DNA of 64,000 bases from Halobacteriales archaeon SW_5_70_135 (GTDB lineage Archaea; Halobacteriota; Halobacteria; Halobacteriales; SW-7-71-33). The notes under the pieces are model-generated. The model did no database searches, was not told the DNA's origin, and was given only the letters and a program-made list of their open reading frames with translations. Where the stretch lies: assembly GCA_003022865.1 (NCBI GenBank), contig PXSK01000036.1:63122-127121 (forward strand). Direction: 5' to 3'. The translations under genes were made by a program, and so were the position numbers. Below, piece after piece: positions 1-8,897 of the stretch. The first letter of the stretch is position 1. Each line of letters begins with the position of its first letter.

Positions 1-216
1 GGTCGCCCGGGCGACGGCGGCCGTGCGGGTGGCTATCTCGTCGACGGTCACCGGCAGCGTGGCGTCGTGGCCCAGCCGGAGGTTGCCGACGCTGTCGCCG
101 ACGAGAACCATGTCGACGCCGACCTCCTCGACGACGGCCGCCGTCGGCGCGTCGTAAGCCGTCAGCATCGTGACGGGGTCGTCCCCGCTCCGTGTACGGA
201 TGTCCTTCGCTCGCAT
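1..216 (-). CDS. panB: 3-methyl-2-oxobutanoate hydroxymethyltransferase (ketopantoate hydroxymethyltransferase), N-terminal 72 codons; gene continues past the window start
   Basis: Reverse translation from ATG at 216 gives MRAKDIRTRSGDDPVTMLTAYDAPTAAVVEEVGVDMVLVGDSVGNLRLGHDATLPVTVDEIATRTAAVARAT, which fits the conserved PanB N-terminus (MLTAYD, VGDSxG). The frame is open to position 1. Not in the supplied track. Confidence 0.8.
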   Translation of the reverse strand, partial: MRAKDIRTRSGDDPVTMLTAYDAPTAAVVEEVGVDMVLVGDSVGNLRLGHDATLPVTVDEIATRTAAVARAT

Positions 217-271
217 GCTCGCCGGTGTGACAGCGGCATTGGTAAATCCTTGCCTCCGCCGCCGAGGGTAA

Positions 272-766
272 TGTTCAGATCAGCAGCTGCTGATGGAGAC
301 ACTGGTGGTGTGGAGAGCCAGAAAGCCCCCGACGGCTCGCCGACTGCGACTCGCTGCGCTCCTCACTCACTCCGTTCGTTGCGGTGTCCTCGCGCGGTTG
401 CACCGCGCGAGCGGGCCGAGGCGGCTCCGCCGCCTCGCGGCTTACATCGGCTCGCCCGGCGAGCCGCCAGCCCCTTTCAGTCCCACCCGGCCGACGTTTC
501 CCAGGGCGGGACCGAAAGGGGCCGACGTGCTGCGGGAAGCACGGTGATGCAAGCACCATGCTCAACTCGCCGGAGGCGAGTTGGCATCTCAGGAGACTCG
601 TGAGTCTCCTGACGAGTCCGCAAGAGCGAAGCTCTTGCGAGATCCAGCAAATCTTCGATTTGCGCGACAGCGAGCACAGCGAGCGAGGAGCGCAGCGAGC
701 CGCGCAACCGCAGCACGTCGGGGGCTTCCTGGCTGTTGAAGTTAGTTTCGATCGCCAATCTGAACA
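272..766. repeat. Hairpin-array repeat element, copy 1 (MITE-like, non-coding)
   Basis: Perfect 9-bp terminal inverted repeat TGTTCAGAT (272-280) / ATCTGAACA (758-766). Subterminal inverted blocks GCCAGAAAGCCCCCGACG / CGTCGGGGGCTTCCTGGC. The interior is a chain of short perfect hairpins. Long blocks are shared with 46709-47566 and 26751-27432. Track ORFs over it (275..793-, 293..547+, 477..758-) have junk-like Arg/Pro/Ser composition. Confidence 0.8.
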
Positions 767-875
767 GTACCGCCGCCGGGACCGCGACCGCAACCGCTTA
801 GCCGTGCCCGCCGCATCTCCGACCGTGCCACGTGTCGAAGAGACCGACCCCGAGGGCGTCGACTACGGCTGGGTG

Positions 876-1109
876 ATGCAGACCACCTTCGTGCTCACGA
901 TCGTCCTCGGCGCCCCGGTGGTGGGCCTGCTCGCCTTCCTCCGGCCGCTGCCGACGTGGACCGCCCGCGCCGGCTTCGCCGTCCGCGTCGGCGCCGTCGT
1001 CTGGCTCGTCACCGCCGTCGGCGTCTACCTCTACGCTCGCCGGACCGATGTCGACGCCGACGCCGGAGCCGCCAGTCACGCCGACGAGGACGGCGACGCC
1101 GACGGGTGA
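876..1109 (+). CDS. Small membrane protein, two predicted TM helices, acidic C-terminus (hypothetical)
   Basis: C-terminal part of track ORF 384..1109. MQTTFVLTIVLGAPVVGLLAFLRPLPTWTARAGFAVRVGAVVWLVTAVGVYLYARR... is hydrophobic and plausible, whereas the upstream part lies in the repeat. ATG at 876, with an alternative in-frame GTG at 825. Confidence 0.45.
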   Translation: MQTTFVLTIVLGAPVVGLLAFLRPLPTWTARAGFAVRVGAVVWLVTAVGVYLYARRTDVDADAGAASHADEDGDADG

Positions 1110-1288
1110 CCCGGCGACGCCGACGAGCCGTCGTCGAGGGCGCCGGTCGTCGACTCGCACGCGACACCGGCGAGTCACGCCGTCTTCGGTGTCGGATCGG
1201 GCCGTCCCTCGAGGTCGTACACCACCCCCGCGTAGTCGTCGTGTGGCACGTCCGCGCTTCGGGCGCTCCGTTGAAGGACTGTCCTGGC

Positions 1289-1801
1289 TTAGGTTCGGTA
1301 CGTCCGCGACTGGCTGCCGGCCTGTGCGCTGTTCGTCGTGTAGTCCACCAGCCCCACCGTCTCCCTGACGGTGAGGAAGTTCGTCTTCTCGTTGCTTCCC
1401 TCCGGCAGGTGATACCGCACATCGTCACCGCCGACGTCCGCGACGATGGCTTTGTGGATCCGCGGATGCTCGTCCAGCAAGTCCCGGCGAACTGCATCGA
1501 GATCCGACTGGTGGTGGTCGTACTTCTCTTCCAGGATCGCCCGCCGAACACCGTCGAGTTTCTCCGGCTCGAGACCTTCCGGGCGGAAGTTCACGGGGAG
1601 CCCGAAGTCGTCCGCTACGAACACCACGAGTCGACCGCCGTGGCTGGCGGCGAGATCCCGCACTGTCTCTCTCACCGCGTCCGGGTCGTACCGTTCGTCA
1701 TCGTCGGCGGAATCCCTGAGGACAGCCATCTCTTCCCGCAGCAGCGTGTAGCGTTCGTTCAGGTCCTCCGCCCTGGCGTACGCTCTGATAAAATCGGTCA
1801 T
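1289..1801 (-). CDS. Hypothetical acidic cytoplasmic protein (170 aa)
   Basis: Track ORF 1289..1936 trimmed to the internal ATG at 1801 (MTDFIRAYARAEDLNERYTLL...). Composition is acidic and haloarchaeal-like. The N-terminal extension is Arg/Ser junk. No family recognised. Confidence 0.6.
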   Translation of the reverse strand: MTDFIRAYARAEDLNERYTLLREEMAVLRDSADDDERYDPDAVRETVRDLAASHGGRLVVFVADDFGLPVNFRPEGLEPEKLDGVRRAILEEKYDHHQSDLDAVRRDLLDEHPRIHKAIVADVGGDDVRYHLPEGSNEKTNFLTVRETVGLVDYTTNSAQAGSQSRTYRT

Positions 1802-1917
1802 CTCTCGTCCCACTCGCTTACGTTCACCCCGTTTCGCACGTCTCCTAATGAAGGCAGTCGTTTCAGTCCAGCGGGCGTCGGGCGACGGTCTGCTTTTAGA
1901 TTTCGTCGCGGTCGGTC

Positions 1918-2454
1918 TTGGCGAGCAACACGGCAACGCCGGCGCGAGTGCCGTTGGTGATCCACTGTTTCTTGCCGTCGATGACGTACTCCTTGCCTTC
2001 GCGGTGTGACCCGGTCGTCGCCGACCGGCGGTATCTCCCGCCGGACGGCGAGTCGCTGTCGGAGTCGACGTGGACGGACGGCGAGCCGGCGTACGTCCGC
2101 CAAGGCGAGCGTCTCTACCGGGTGCAGGTCGAGGGCCGCGAGCGGCTGGTCCTGGCGACAGTGCGCTACGAGGTCGTGACCGTCGCGACGTCGCTGTCGG
2201 CGTTCGGCCGCGAGCGCCGGTCCGCGGTGGTGACGAACGTGACCGAGACGACGCCGCCGGCGCCGGCGCGGTCGGTGCTGCTGAACGTCACCGAGAGCGG
2301 CGTCGTCGGGTGGGAGGGCACCGTCCAGAGCCGTCCCGAGCGGGTGGAGGCCGCCGCCGAGTGGGTCCGCGACCACCCGCTGGAGAACCACGTCGCCTTC
2401 GTCCGGTACCGGAGGGCGCTCTACCGGGTCACCGTCGAGGAGGCCATTGAGTGA
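1918..2454 (+). CDS. Hypothetical protein (178 aa)
   Basis: Track ORF with a TTG start at 1918, about 20 nt downstream of the TATA-like TTTTAGA (about 1894-1900). Alternative ATG at 1981. Divergent from 1289..1801. No family recognised. Confidence 0.5.
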   Translation: MASNTATPARVPLVIHCFLPSMTYSLPSRCDPVVADRRYLPPDGESLSESTWTDGEPAYVRQGERLYRVQVEGRERLVLATVRYEVVTVATSLSAFGRERRSAVVTNVTETTPPAPARSVLLNVTESGVVGWEGTVQSRPERVEAAAEWVRDHPLENHVAFVRYRRALYRVTVEEAIE

Positions 2455-2511
2455 GCGGCAGTGGCACCGGCGGCTGACCGCCCCGCTCCCCCGCGACGGC
2501 CCGGCGGCCGC

Positions 2512-3756
2512 TCACTCCCCGCGGAGGAAGGCGGCGACCTCCTCGGGGGTGACCCGGATGCCGCCGCCCTGCGCGAACCGCGGGGAGCCGCCGCCACCGC
2601 CGCCGAACGTCTCCGTGACGGCGTCGACGACCGCGCCGGCGTCGGCCGCGTCACCGTCGGCGGCGACGGCGACGAACGTCGACCCCGACTCGCCCGCGAG
2701 CGCCACGGCGTCGGCGCGGTCGCCGGCCGCCTCGCGCAGCGCGCTCTCGACGTCGTTCGCGTCGACGCCCTCGACCGTGCCCGCCGCCAGCGTGTGTCCG
2801 TCGCGCTCGACGGTGTCGAGGTCGGCGACCGTCCCCGCGAGCGCTCGCTCGCGCAGCGCGGCGGTCTCGTCTTCCAGGCGTCCGATCTCCTCGTGCAGGC
2901 GCTCGATTTCCGTCGGCAGGTCGTCGACGCCCACGCCGGCGGTCCGGGCCGCCGAGAGGAGACTGCGCTTCTCGGCGGCGCGACGGGAGACGCCGGTCGG
3001 GCCGACGGCGAACTCCACGCGGGTCGTCCCCTCGCCCGGGTTCGACCGTTCGAGGACGGTGATCGGCCCGATGGCCGCCGTGTTCGAGACGTGGGTGCCG
3101 CCACAGGCCGCCCAGTCCCACCCCTCGACGGTGACGACGCGGACGGTGTCGGCGTCGGTCAGGACGCCCTCCTCGGTCTTCGTGTTGTAGGCGATCTCCT
3201 CGCGCTCGTACGCCTCAGCCGTCGTGAACTGCTCCCACGAGACGTCGCGGGCCTCCCACACTGCGCGATTGACGAGTCGCTCCAGTTCGACGAGCGTCGC
3301 GTCGTCGACCCCGTCGACGGCGAGGTCGACGCGGACCTTCTCCTCGTCGATGCCGAAGCCGCCGTAGCCCAGCTCGTCGAACAGTCGCCGCCCCGCGCCG
3401 TAGAGGACGTGACTCGCGGTATGAGCACGGGCGCAGTAGCGGCGGAACGTCTCGTCCACCGCGCAGGCGACGGTGTCGCCGGCGTCGAACGCCGGCGCTT
3501 CGGCGAGGCGGTGGACGTGGCTGCCGTCCTCGTGGCCGACGTGCTCGACCCGGCTGTCGCCGATCGTGCCGCGGTCGGCGGGCTGACCGCCGCTCCGGGC
3601 GTAGAAGAACGAGCGGTCCAGTGCGACCCGTCGCCCGTCGACGGACTCGACGGTCGCCTCGAAGCTCGTCACGTCCGGCCGCAGCGCCGCCGGCTGTGCG
3701 TCGACGTCCGCCACCGTCTCTCGCTCCGGGTCTGGGTTCGCCTCCTGCTCGCTCAC
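2512..3756 (-). CDS. alaX: Alanyl-tRNA editing protein AlaX-L (threonyl/alanyl tRNA synthetase second additional domain plus DHHA1-like C-terminus)
   Basis: 414-aa ORF with editing-site motifs HTASHVL and CGGTHV and a C-terminal GGGGGG/GGG box, typical of AlaX-L. Confidence 0.85.
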   Translation of the reverse strand: MSEQEANPDPERETVADVDAQPAALRPDVTSFEATVESVDGRRVALDRSFFYARSGGQPADRGTIGDSRVEHVGHEDGSHVHRLAEAPAFDAGDTVACAVDETFRRYCARAHTASHVLYGAGRRLFDELGYGGFGIDEEKVRVDLAVDGVDDATLVELERLVNRAVWEARDVSWEQFTTAEAYEREEIAYNTKTEEGVLTDADTVRVVTVEGWDWAACGGTHVSNTAAIGPITVLERSNPGEGTTRVEFAVGPTGVSRRAAEKRSLLSAARTAGVGVDDLPTEIERLHEEIGRLEDETAALRERALAGTVADLDTVERDGHTLAAGTVEGVDANDVESALREAAGDRADAVALAGESGSTFVAVAADGDAADAGAVVDAVTETFGGGGGGSPRFAQGGGIRVTPEEVAAFLRGE

Positions 3757-3804
3757 GTCTTACGGGACGGCGCCGGCGACGAAAAGCTCTCCCCGGCCCT
3801 GCCG

Positions 3805-4761
3805 CTACCGCCGGGCGTCCGCCGCCAGCAGCCGCTCGAGCAGCGCCGTCTGTGCGTGCCGGCGGTTCTCGGCCTGCCGCCAGACGACGGACCGGTCACT
3901 CTCGACGACGGCGTCGGTCACCTCCGCGCCGCGATGAGCGGGCAGACAGTGCATGAACGCGGCGTCCGCCGGCAGCAGCGAGGCGTCCACCTGGAACCCT
4001 CCGGTCTCGAAGGTCGCCAGCCGCTCCGCCCGGTCGGAGTGGTTCATGCTCACCCAGGCGTCCGTGTAGACGACGTCCGCGCCCGCGACGGCCGTTTCGG
4101 GGTCGTGCGTGACCGTCGGGGCGTCGCCGAGCGCCGCCGCCCGGTCGAGCGTCGCGTCGTCGAGGCCGTGTTCCGGCGGCGTCGCCACCGTCAGGTCGAC
4201 GCCGGTCGCCGCACAGCCGAGCGCGAACGACCGGGCGACGTTGTTCCCGTCGCCGACCCAGGCGGCGGTGGCGCCGTCGAGGTCGCCCGCGACCTCGCGC
4301 ACGGTCAGCAGGTCCGCGAGCGTCTGGCAGGGGTGGGCGCGGTCGCTGAGGGCGTTCACGACGGGCACGTCGGCGTAGGTGGCGAGCTCCGTCAGCGACT
4401 CGTGGTCCTCGACGCGGGCCACGATCGCGTCGGTGTACCCCGCCAGACACCGCGCCGTGTCCCGCAGCGGCTCGCCGCGGGACAGTTGGGTCTCGCCCGG
4501 ACCCATGAACACGGTGTCGCCGCCGAGGTCGGTCACCGCGCGCTCGAACGAGACCCGGGTTCGCGTCGACGGCTGCTCGAACAGGAGCACGACCGAGCGT
4601 CCGACCAGCGCCCGTGACGGCGGCGGGTCACGTGAGCGCCCGAACGCCGCCGCGGCGTCGAGCAGCGCCGTCAGCTCGTCGGCGTCGAGGTCGTCCACGT
4701 CCAGCAGGTGACGGACGGGAGCGTCGTCCCCGTCGTCCTGGCCCTCGGTCGCGGCCGTCAC
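3805..4761 (-). CDS. argF: Ornithine carbamoyltransferase
   Basis: Contains STRTR, HPCQ and HCLP motifs (FEQPSTRTRVSFE, DRAHPCQTLADL, FMHCLPAHRG). Start set to GTG 4761, which overlaps the upstream stop as GTGA. The track ORF 3805..5502 N-terminal extension is Arg-rich junk. Confidence 0.9.
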   Translation of the reverse strand: MTAATEGQDDGDDAPVRHLLDVDDLDADELTALLDAAAAFGRSRDPPPSRALVGRSVVLLFEQPSTRTRVSFERAVTDLGGDTVFMGPGETQLSRGEPLRDTARCLAGYTDAIVARVEDHESLTELATYADVPVVNALSDRAHPCQTLADLLTVREVAGDLDGATAAWVGDGNNVARSFALGCAATGVDLTVATPPEHGLDDATLDRAAALGDAPTVTHDPETAVAGADVVYTDAWVSMNHSDRAERLATFETGGFQVDASLLPADAAFMHCLPAHRGAEVTDAVVESDRSVVWRQAENRRHAQTALLERLLAADARR

Positions 4762-5798
4762 GCCGCCACCACCTCCTCGCAGGCCCGCACGAGCACGTCG
4801 ACCGCCCGGTCGTACCCCGAGAGGTCGAGCCGCTCGTCGGGCGCGTGGTCGAGCGCCGAGTCGCCCGGGCCGTAGGTGAGCGCCGGACAGTCCCAGCTGT
4901 CGGCGTACAGGTTCACGTCGCTGGTGCCGGTCTTGCGGAGATGCCGCGGGTCGCCGCCGACCGAGCGGACGGCGGCGCGGAACGCCCGCGCGAGGTCGGT
5001 CCGCGCCGACTGCAGCGTCGGCGACACCGGGGACGACCAGTCGACGTCGACGCGGTCGTCGGCGACCGCCGTCCGGACGGTCGCGGCGTCGACGTCCGGC
5101 GGGAGCCGGAACTGGACCTCCATCTCGGCGGTCACCGCGGTGCCGTCGTCGTCGAGCCCGCCCTCGACTGCGACCGGTTTCGCGGTGACCGTCTCGAATA
5201 CCGGGCCGTCCCCGTCGTCGTAGGTCGCCTCGACGTCCGTCCACCAGTCGAGCAGGTGCTGGACGGCGTTCGGCTCCGGCCGCGAGGTGTGGGCCGACCC
5301 GGTTCTCGCGCTCGCGGTCCCCGCGAGGAACCCGCGGTAGCCGAGCGTCAGGGCGTCCCAGCCGCCGGGTTCGCCGTCGACGACCGCCGCCGGCGCGTCG
5401 CGCTCGGACACGAGGTGACGGGCGCCGCGGGAGTCGGTCTCCTCGCCGACGACGCCGGCGAAGGAGGCGCCGGTCTCGACGGCGGCGACCGCCATCGCAC
5501 ACAGCGGTCCCGTCGCGTCGACACTACCCCGCCCGTGGAGTTCGCCGTCCACGACCCGCACCGGGAGGTCGCCGGGGACGGTGTCCACGTGGGAGCTGAG
5601 CAGGACGCCGTCCTCGCCGGGAGCGCGAACGTTGCCGACCTCGTCGAGCCACGCCTCGCGGCCGTGCTCGCGCAGCCAGCCGACGAGGTGCTCGGCGGCC
5701 GCCCGCTCCTCGCCGGACGGCGACGGGATCGAAACCATCGACTCGAGCAGGGCGCGCGCCTCGGCGGTCGGGACCGCGGCGTCGTCGGTGCGGCTCAC
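4758..5798 (-). CDS. lysK: [LysW]-ornithine/lysine hydrolase (M20 peptidase family; ArgE/LysK type)
   Basis: M20 deacylase-like sequence (SPSGEE..., SSHVDTVPG, GRGSVDATGP, GEETDS). GTG 5798 overlaps the upstream stop (GTGA). Sits in the arg cluster. Confidence 0.8.
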   Translation of the reverse strand: MSRTDDAAVPTAEARALLESMVSIPSPSGEERAAAEHLVGWLREHGREAWLDEVGNVRAPGEDGVLLSSHVDTVPGDLPVRVVDGELHGRGSVDATGPLCAMAVAAVETGASFAGVVGEETDSRGARHLVSERDAPAAVVDGEPGGWDALTLGYRGFLAGTASARTGSAHTSRPEPNAVQHLLDWWTDVEATYDDGDGPVFETVTAKPVAVEGGLDDDGTAVTAEMEVQFRLPPDVDAATVRTAVADDRVDVDWSSPVSPTLQSARTDLARAFRAAVRSVGGDPRHLRKTGTSDVNLYADSWDCPALTYGPGDSALDHAPDERLDLSGYDRAVDVLVRACEEVVAA

Positions 5799-6913
5799 GC
5801 CGGCACCTCCGCGACGGCGCTCAGTGCCGCGACGACCTCGTCGACGTGGCGCTTCTCGACGGTGAGCGGCGGCAGCAGCCGCAGCACGCGCCGGCCCGCC
5901 GGCAGCGCGAGCACCTGGTGGTCGAGCGCGAGCCGCCGGAGCGTCCGCGTCGCGCTGTCGACCTCGACGCCGACCAGCAGCCCCGCGCCGCGCACGGAGA
6001 AGCCGGCGTCGGTCAGCTCCGACCGGAGGTACGCCCCCGTCTCGGCGGCCCGCGCCGGCAGGTCCTCCGCGACCAGCGTCTCCAGGGTCGCGTTCGCGGC
6101 GGCGGCCACGACTGGATTGCCGGAGAACGTCGACCCGTGGGGGCCGGCGGCGTCGGCGATCCAGTCGGCACACAGTGCGGCACTCATCGGGAGCCCGCTC
6201 GCCAGCCCCTTCGCGGTGGTCAGCACGTCCGGGACGACCCCGGCCCGCTCACAGGCCCACAGCGTCCCCGTCCGGCCGAGCCCGGTCTGGATCTCGTCGA
6301 GAACGAGCGCCGCGCCGGCCGCGTCGGCCGCGTCGCGGGCCGCCCGGAGATACCCCTCCGGCGGGACGTTCGCGCCGCCCTCGCCCTGGACGGGTTCGAG
6401 CACGACCGCGGCGACGTCCTCGTCGACGGCGTCGGCGAGCGCGTCGGCGTCGCCGTACGGGACGAACTCGGTCTCCGGCAGCGGCTCGAACGGCTCGCGG
6501 TACGTCGGCTTCCAGGTGACCGACAGCGCTCCCATCGTCCGACCGTGGAAGGCCCGCTGTGCGGCGACGAACTTCGTCCCGCCCGTCGCGCTGCGAGCGA
6601 ACTTCAGCGCCGCTTCGACCGCCTCGGCGCCGCTGTTCGCCAGCCACACTCTGTCGACGTCGCCGGGCGCGAGCGCGGCGAGGCGCTCGTGGACTGCCGC
6701 GCGCGCCCCGACCGGGTACGACCCCTGGACGTACAGCAGTTCGCGGGCCTGCTCGACGACGGCCTCGACCACGTCCGGGGGACAGTGCCCCAACGGCGCA
6801 CAGGCGTAGGAGGCGCCGACGTCGAGGTACTCGGTGCCGTCGGCCGCGGTGAGGTGGACGCCCTCGCCGCCGACGACTTCGATCGGCTTCTCGGAGGAGA
6901 CGAAGCCGCTCAC
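5795..6913 (-). CDS. lysJ: Acetylornithine / [LysW]-aminoadipate-semialdehyde/glutamate-semialdehyde aminotransferase (class III PLP)
   Basis: Class-III aminotransferase motifs (ANSGAEAVEAALKFAR, DEIQTGLGRTG, TTAKGLASGLP with the PLP lysine). GTG 6913 overlaps the upstream stop (GTGA). Alternative GTG at 6922. Confidence 0.88.
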   Translation of the reverse strand: MSGFVSSEKPIEVVGGEGVHLTAADGTEYLDVGASYACAPLGHCPPDVVEAVVEQARELLYVQGSYPVGARAAVHERLAALAPGDVDRVWLANSGAEAVEAALKFARSATGGTKFVAAQRAFHGRTMGALSVTWKPTYREPFEPLPETEFVPYGDADALADAVDEDVAAVVLEPVQGEGGANVPPEGYLRAARDAADAAGAALVLDEIQTGLGRTGTLWACERAGVVPDVLTTAKGLASGLPMSAALCADWIADAAGPHGSTFSGNPVVAAAANATLETLVAEDLPARAAETGAYLRSELTDAGFSVRGAGLLVGVEVDSATRTLRRLALDHQVLALPAGRRVLRLLPPLTVEKRHVDEVVAALSAVAEVPA

Positions 6914-7827
6914 GCCCGACACACCTCTCCGTCGGTGTCCTCGCCGTCCTCTCCGCCCTCGTCGTCGGTCGCGACCGCCGCCGGCAGCACAGTCGTCCCG
7001 TTCCCGGCGAGCGCCGCCCGCACCGGTCGGTCGGCGCCGGCGCCAGCGACGTGGACGGCCGTCGCACCGCCGGACAGCGCGGTCTCGGCGGCCATCACCT
7101 TCCGGGTCATGAACGACTCCGCGGCGTCGCGCAGCGCCGCGAACGCCTCGGGGGTGTCGACCTCGTCCGCGACCGTCGACGGGTCGTCCGGGTCGGCGTA
7201 CACGCCGTCGACGTCGGTGAGCACGACCAGCGTCGCCTCGAGCGCGGCGGCGACGGCCGCCGCCGCGCGGTCGGTGTCGGCGTTCGCCGGGGTCCACTCC
7301 CCGTCACAGTCGCCGTCGTCGCCATCGGTGTCGGTGTCGTCGGCGAGCACCGGTACGGTGACGACCGGGGTGTAGCCGCCGGCGATCAGCGTCTCCAGCA
7401 GGTGGTCGTTCACCGCCTCGACCGTGCCGGCGTGGTCGCCACGGCGGATCCGAGTGTGGCCGTTCTCCCGGACCTTCACCGCTGACTTGCGGTCACCGGT
7501 CAGCAGGCGACCGTCGACGCCGGAGAGCCCGACGGCGTCGACCCCGGCGGACTGGAGCGCGGCGACCAGGTCCGTGTTCACCCGCCCGGGCAGGGCCATC
7601 TCGACGGCGGCCATCGTCCGCTCGTCGGTGAACCGACCGGCGACGCCCGCCGGCGTCTCGACGTACTCCGGCTCCTCGCCAAGGTCGGCGAGCAGGTCGT
7701 CGACGGCCGTCGACCCGCCGTGGACGACGACGACGTCCTCGCCGTTCGTGATGAGGGCGGCGACGTCGGCGAGCGCCGTCTCCGGGTCCACGGCGCGCGC
7801 GCCGCCGACCTTCACGACGACGGTCAC
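6910..7827 (-). CDS. lysZ: Acetylglutamate / [LysW]-glutamate kinase (amino-acid kinase family)
   Basis: VVVKVGGA...VVVHGGS N-terminus typical of ArgB/LysZ. GTG 7827 overlaps the upstream stop (GTGA). Carries an acidic insert, DDTDTDGDDGDCDGEW. Confidence 0.85.
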   Translation of the reverse strand: MTVVVKVGGARAVDPETALADVAALITNGEDVVVVHGGSTAVDDLLADLGEEPEYVETPAGVAGRFTDERTMAAVEMALPGRVNTDLVAALQSAGVDAVGLSGVDGRLLTGDRKSAVKVRENGHTRIRRGDHAGTVEAVNDHLLETLIAGGYTPVVTVPVLADDTDTDGDDGDCDGEWTPANADTDRAAAAVAAALEATLVVLTDVDGVYADPDDPSTVADEVDTPEAFAALRDAAESFMTRKVMAAETALSGGATAVHVAGAGADRPVRAALAGNGTTVLPAAVATDDEGGEDGEDTDGEVCRA

Positions 7828-8897
7828 GGCGATCCCACCGGGTGTAGCCCCTGGAACTCGAGTCCGGCCGTCTCCTCGAACCCCAGCGCGACGTTGGCGG
7901 CGTGGACCGCCTGACCGGCCGTCCCTTTGGTGAGGTTGTCGATCGCCGAGAACACCACCATGCGGTCGTGGCCGACCTCGAAGCCGACGTCGGCGTAGTT
8001 CGTGCCGGCGACGGCCTTCGGTTCGGGGTAGCGGTAGGCGCCGCTCCCGCCGGCGACCGTGCGGACGAACGGCTCGTCGTCGTAGGCGTCCCGGAACGCG
8101 GTCCAGCAGTCGGCCGTCCGGACCGGTTCGTCGAGCGAGAGGTGACAGGTCGCGCTGGCGCCGCGGACCATGTCGACGGCGTGGGCGGTGAACGACACCG
8201 GCACACCGAGTTCCTGCTCGATCTCGGCCTCGTGACGGTGGCCCGTCGGGGCGTACGGCCGAACGACGCCGCTGCGCTCCGGGTGGCTGGCGGCGACGCC
8301 GCCGCCCGCGCCGCCCTCCGAGGAGCCGACCTTCACGTCGACGACCGTCTCGGTGTCGTCGTCGACGATGCCGGCCTCGACGAGCGGGTACAGCCCGAGC
8401 ACCGTCGCGGTCGCGTTGCAGCCGCCCGTCGCCAGAACGTCCGGGTTCGACGCCGCGATCTCGTCGCGGTGGAGTTCCGGCAGCGCGTACACCGCCTCGT
8501 CGAGGTACGTCGGGGCGTCGTGGCCGTCGTACCACTCGTCGTACGCCGCCGGGTCGTTCAGCCGGAAGTCCGCCGACAGGTCGACGACCAGGTCGGCGAG
8601 GTCGGTCCAGGCGCCGACGTGTTCCATCGCGACGCCGTGGGGCGTCGCCGCGAACAGCACGTCGACCGGTCCGAGGTCGTCCGGGTCGGTGAACCGCAGT
8701 TCGGCACCGCGGAGGTTCGGGTGGACCGCCCCGACGGAGCGGCCGGCGTACTCCCGGCTGGTGGCCCGGTCGACGACGAACGACGGGTGACGGTCGAGCA
8801 GGCGCAGCAACTCCCCGCCGGCGAAGCCGCTCGCGCCGACGACCGCCGCCGAGAGGTCGTCTCCGGCGGTCGCCGCCCCGTCCGTCGCGAGGCTCAC
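7824..8897 (-). CDS. lysY: N-acetyl-gamma-glutamyl-phosphate / [LysW]-glutamyl-phosphate reductase
   Basis: VVGASGFAGGELLRLL Rossmann N-terminus and the catalytic GGCNATA cysteine motif. GTG 8897 overlaps the upstream stop (GTGA). Confidence 0.9.
   Translation of the reverse strand: MSLATDGAATAGDDLSAAVVGASGFAGGELLRLLDRHPSFVVDRATSREYAGRSVGAVHPNLRGAELRFTDPDDLGPVDVLFAATPHGVAMEHVGAWTDLADLVVDLSADFRLNDPAAYDEWYDGHDAPTYLDEAVYALPELHRDEIAASNPDVLATGGCNATATVLGLYPLVEAGIVDDDTETVVDVKVGSSEGGAGGGVAASHPERSGVVRPYAPTGHRHEAEIEQELGVPVSFTAHAVDMVRGASATCHLSLDEPVRTADCWTAFRDAYDDEPFVRTVAGGSGAYRYPEPKAVAGTNYADVGFEVGHDRMVVFSAIDNLTKGTAGQAVHAANVALGFEETAGLEFQGLHPVGSP

Noticed and set aside
2461-6809. Very long plus-strand ORFs (2461..4617, 718 aa; 4614..6809, 731 aa) and many similar ones (5846..7375, 7902..9023, 10914..11801, 11473..12858)
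   Set aside because: They are antisense to clearly conserved arg/alaX genes. Their Arg/Gly/Val/Pro-rich composition is typical of wrong-frame translation of roughly 70% GC DNA, where stop codons are rare. No motifs were recognised.
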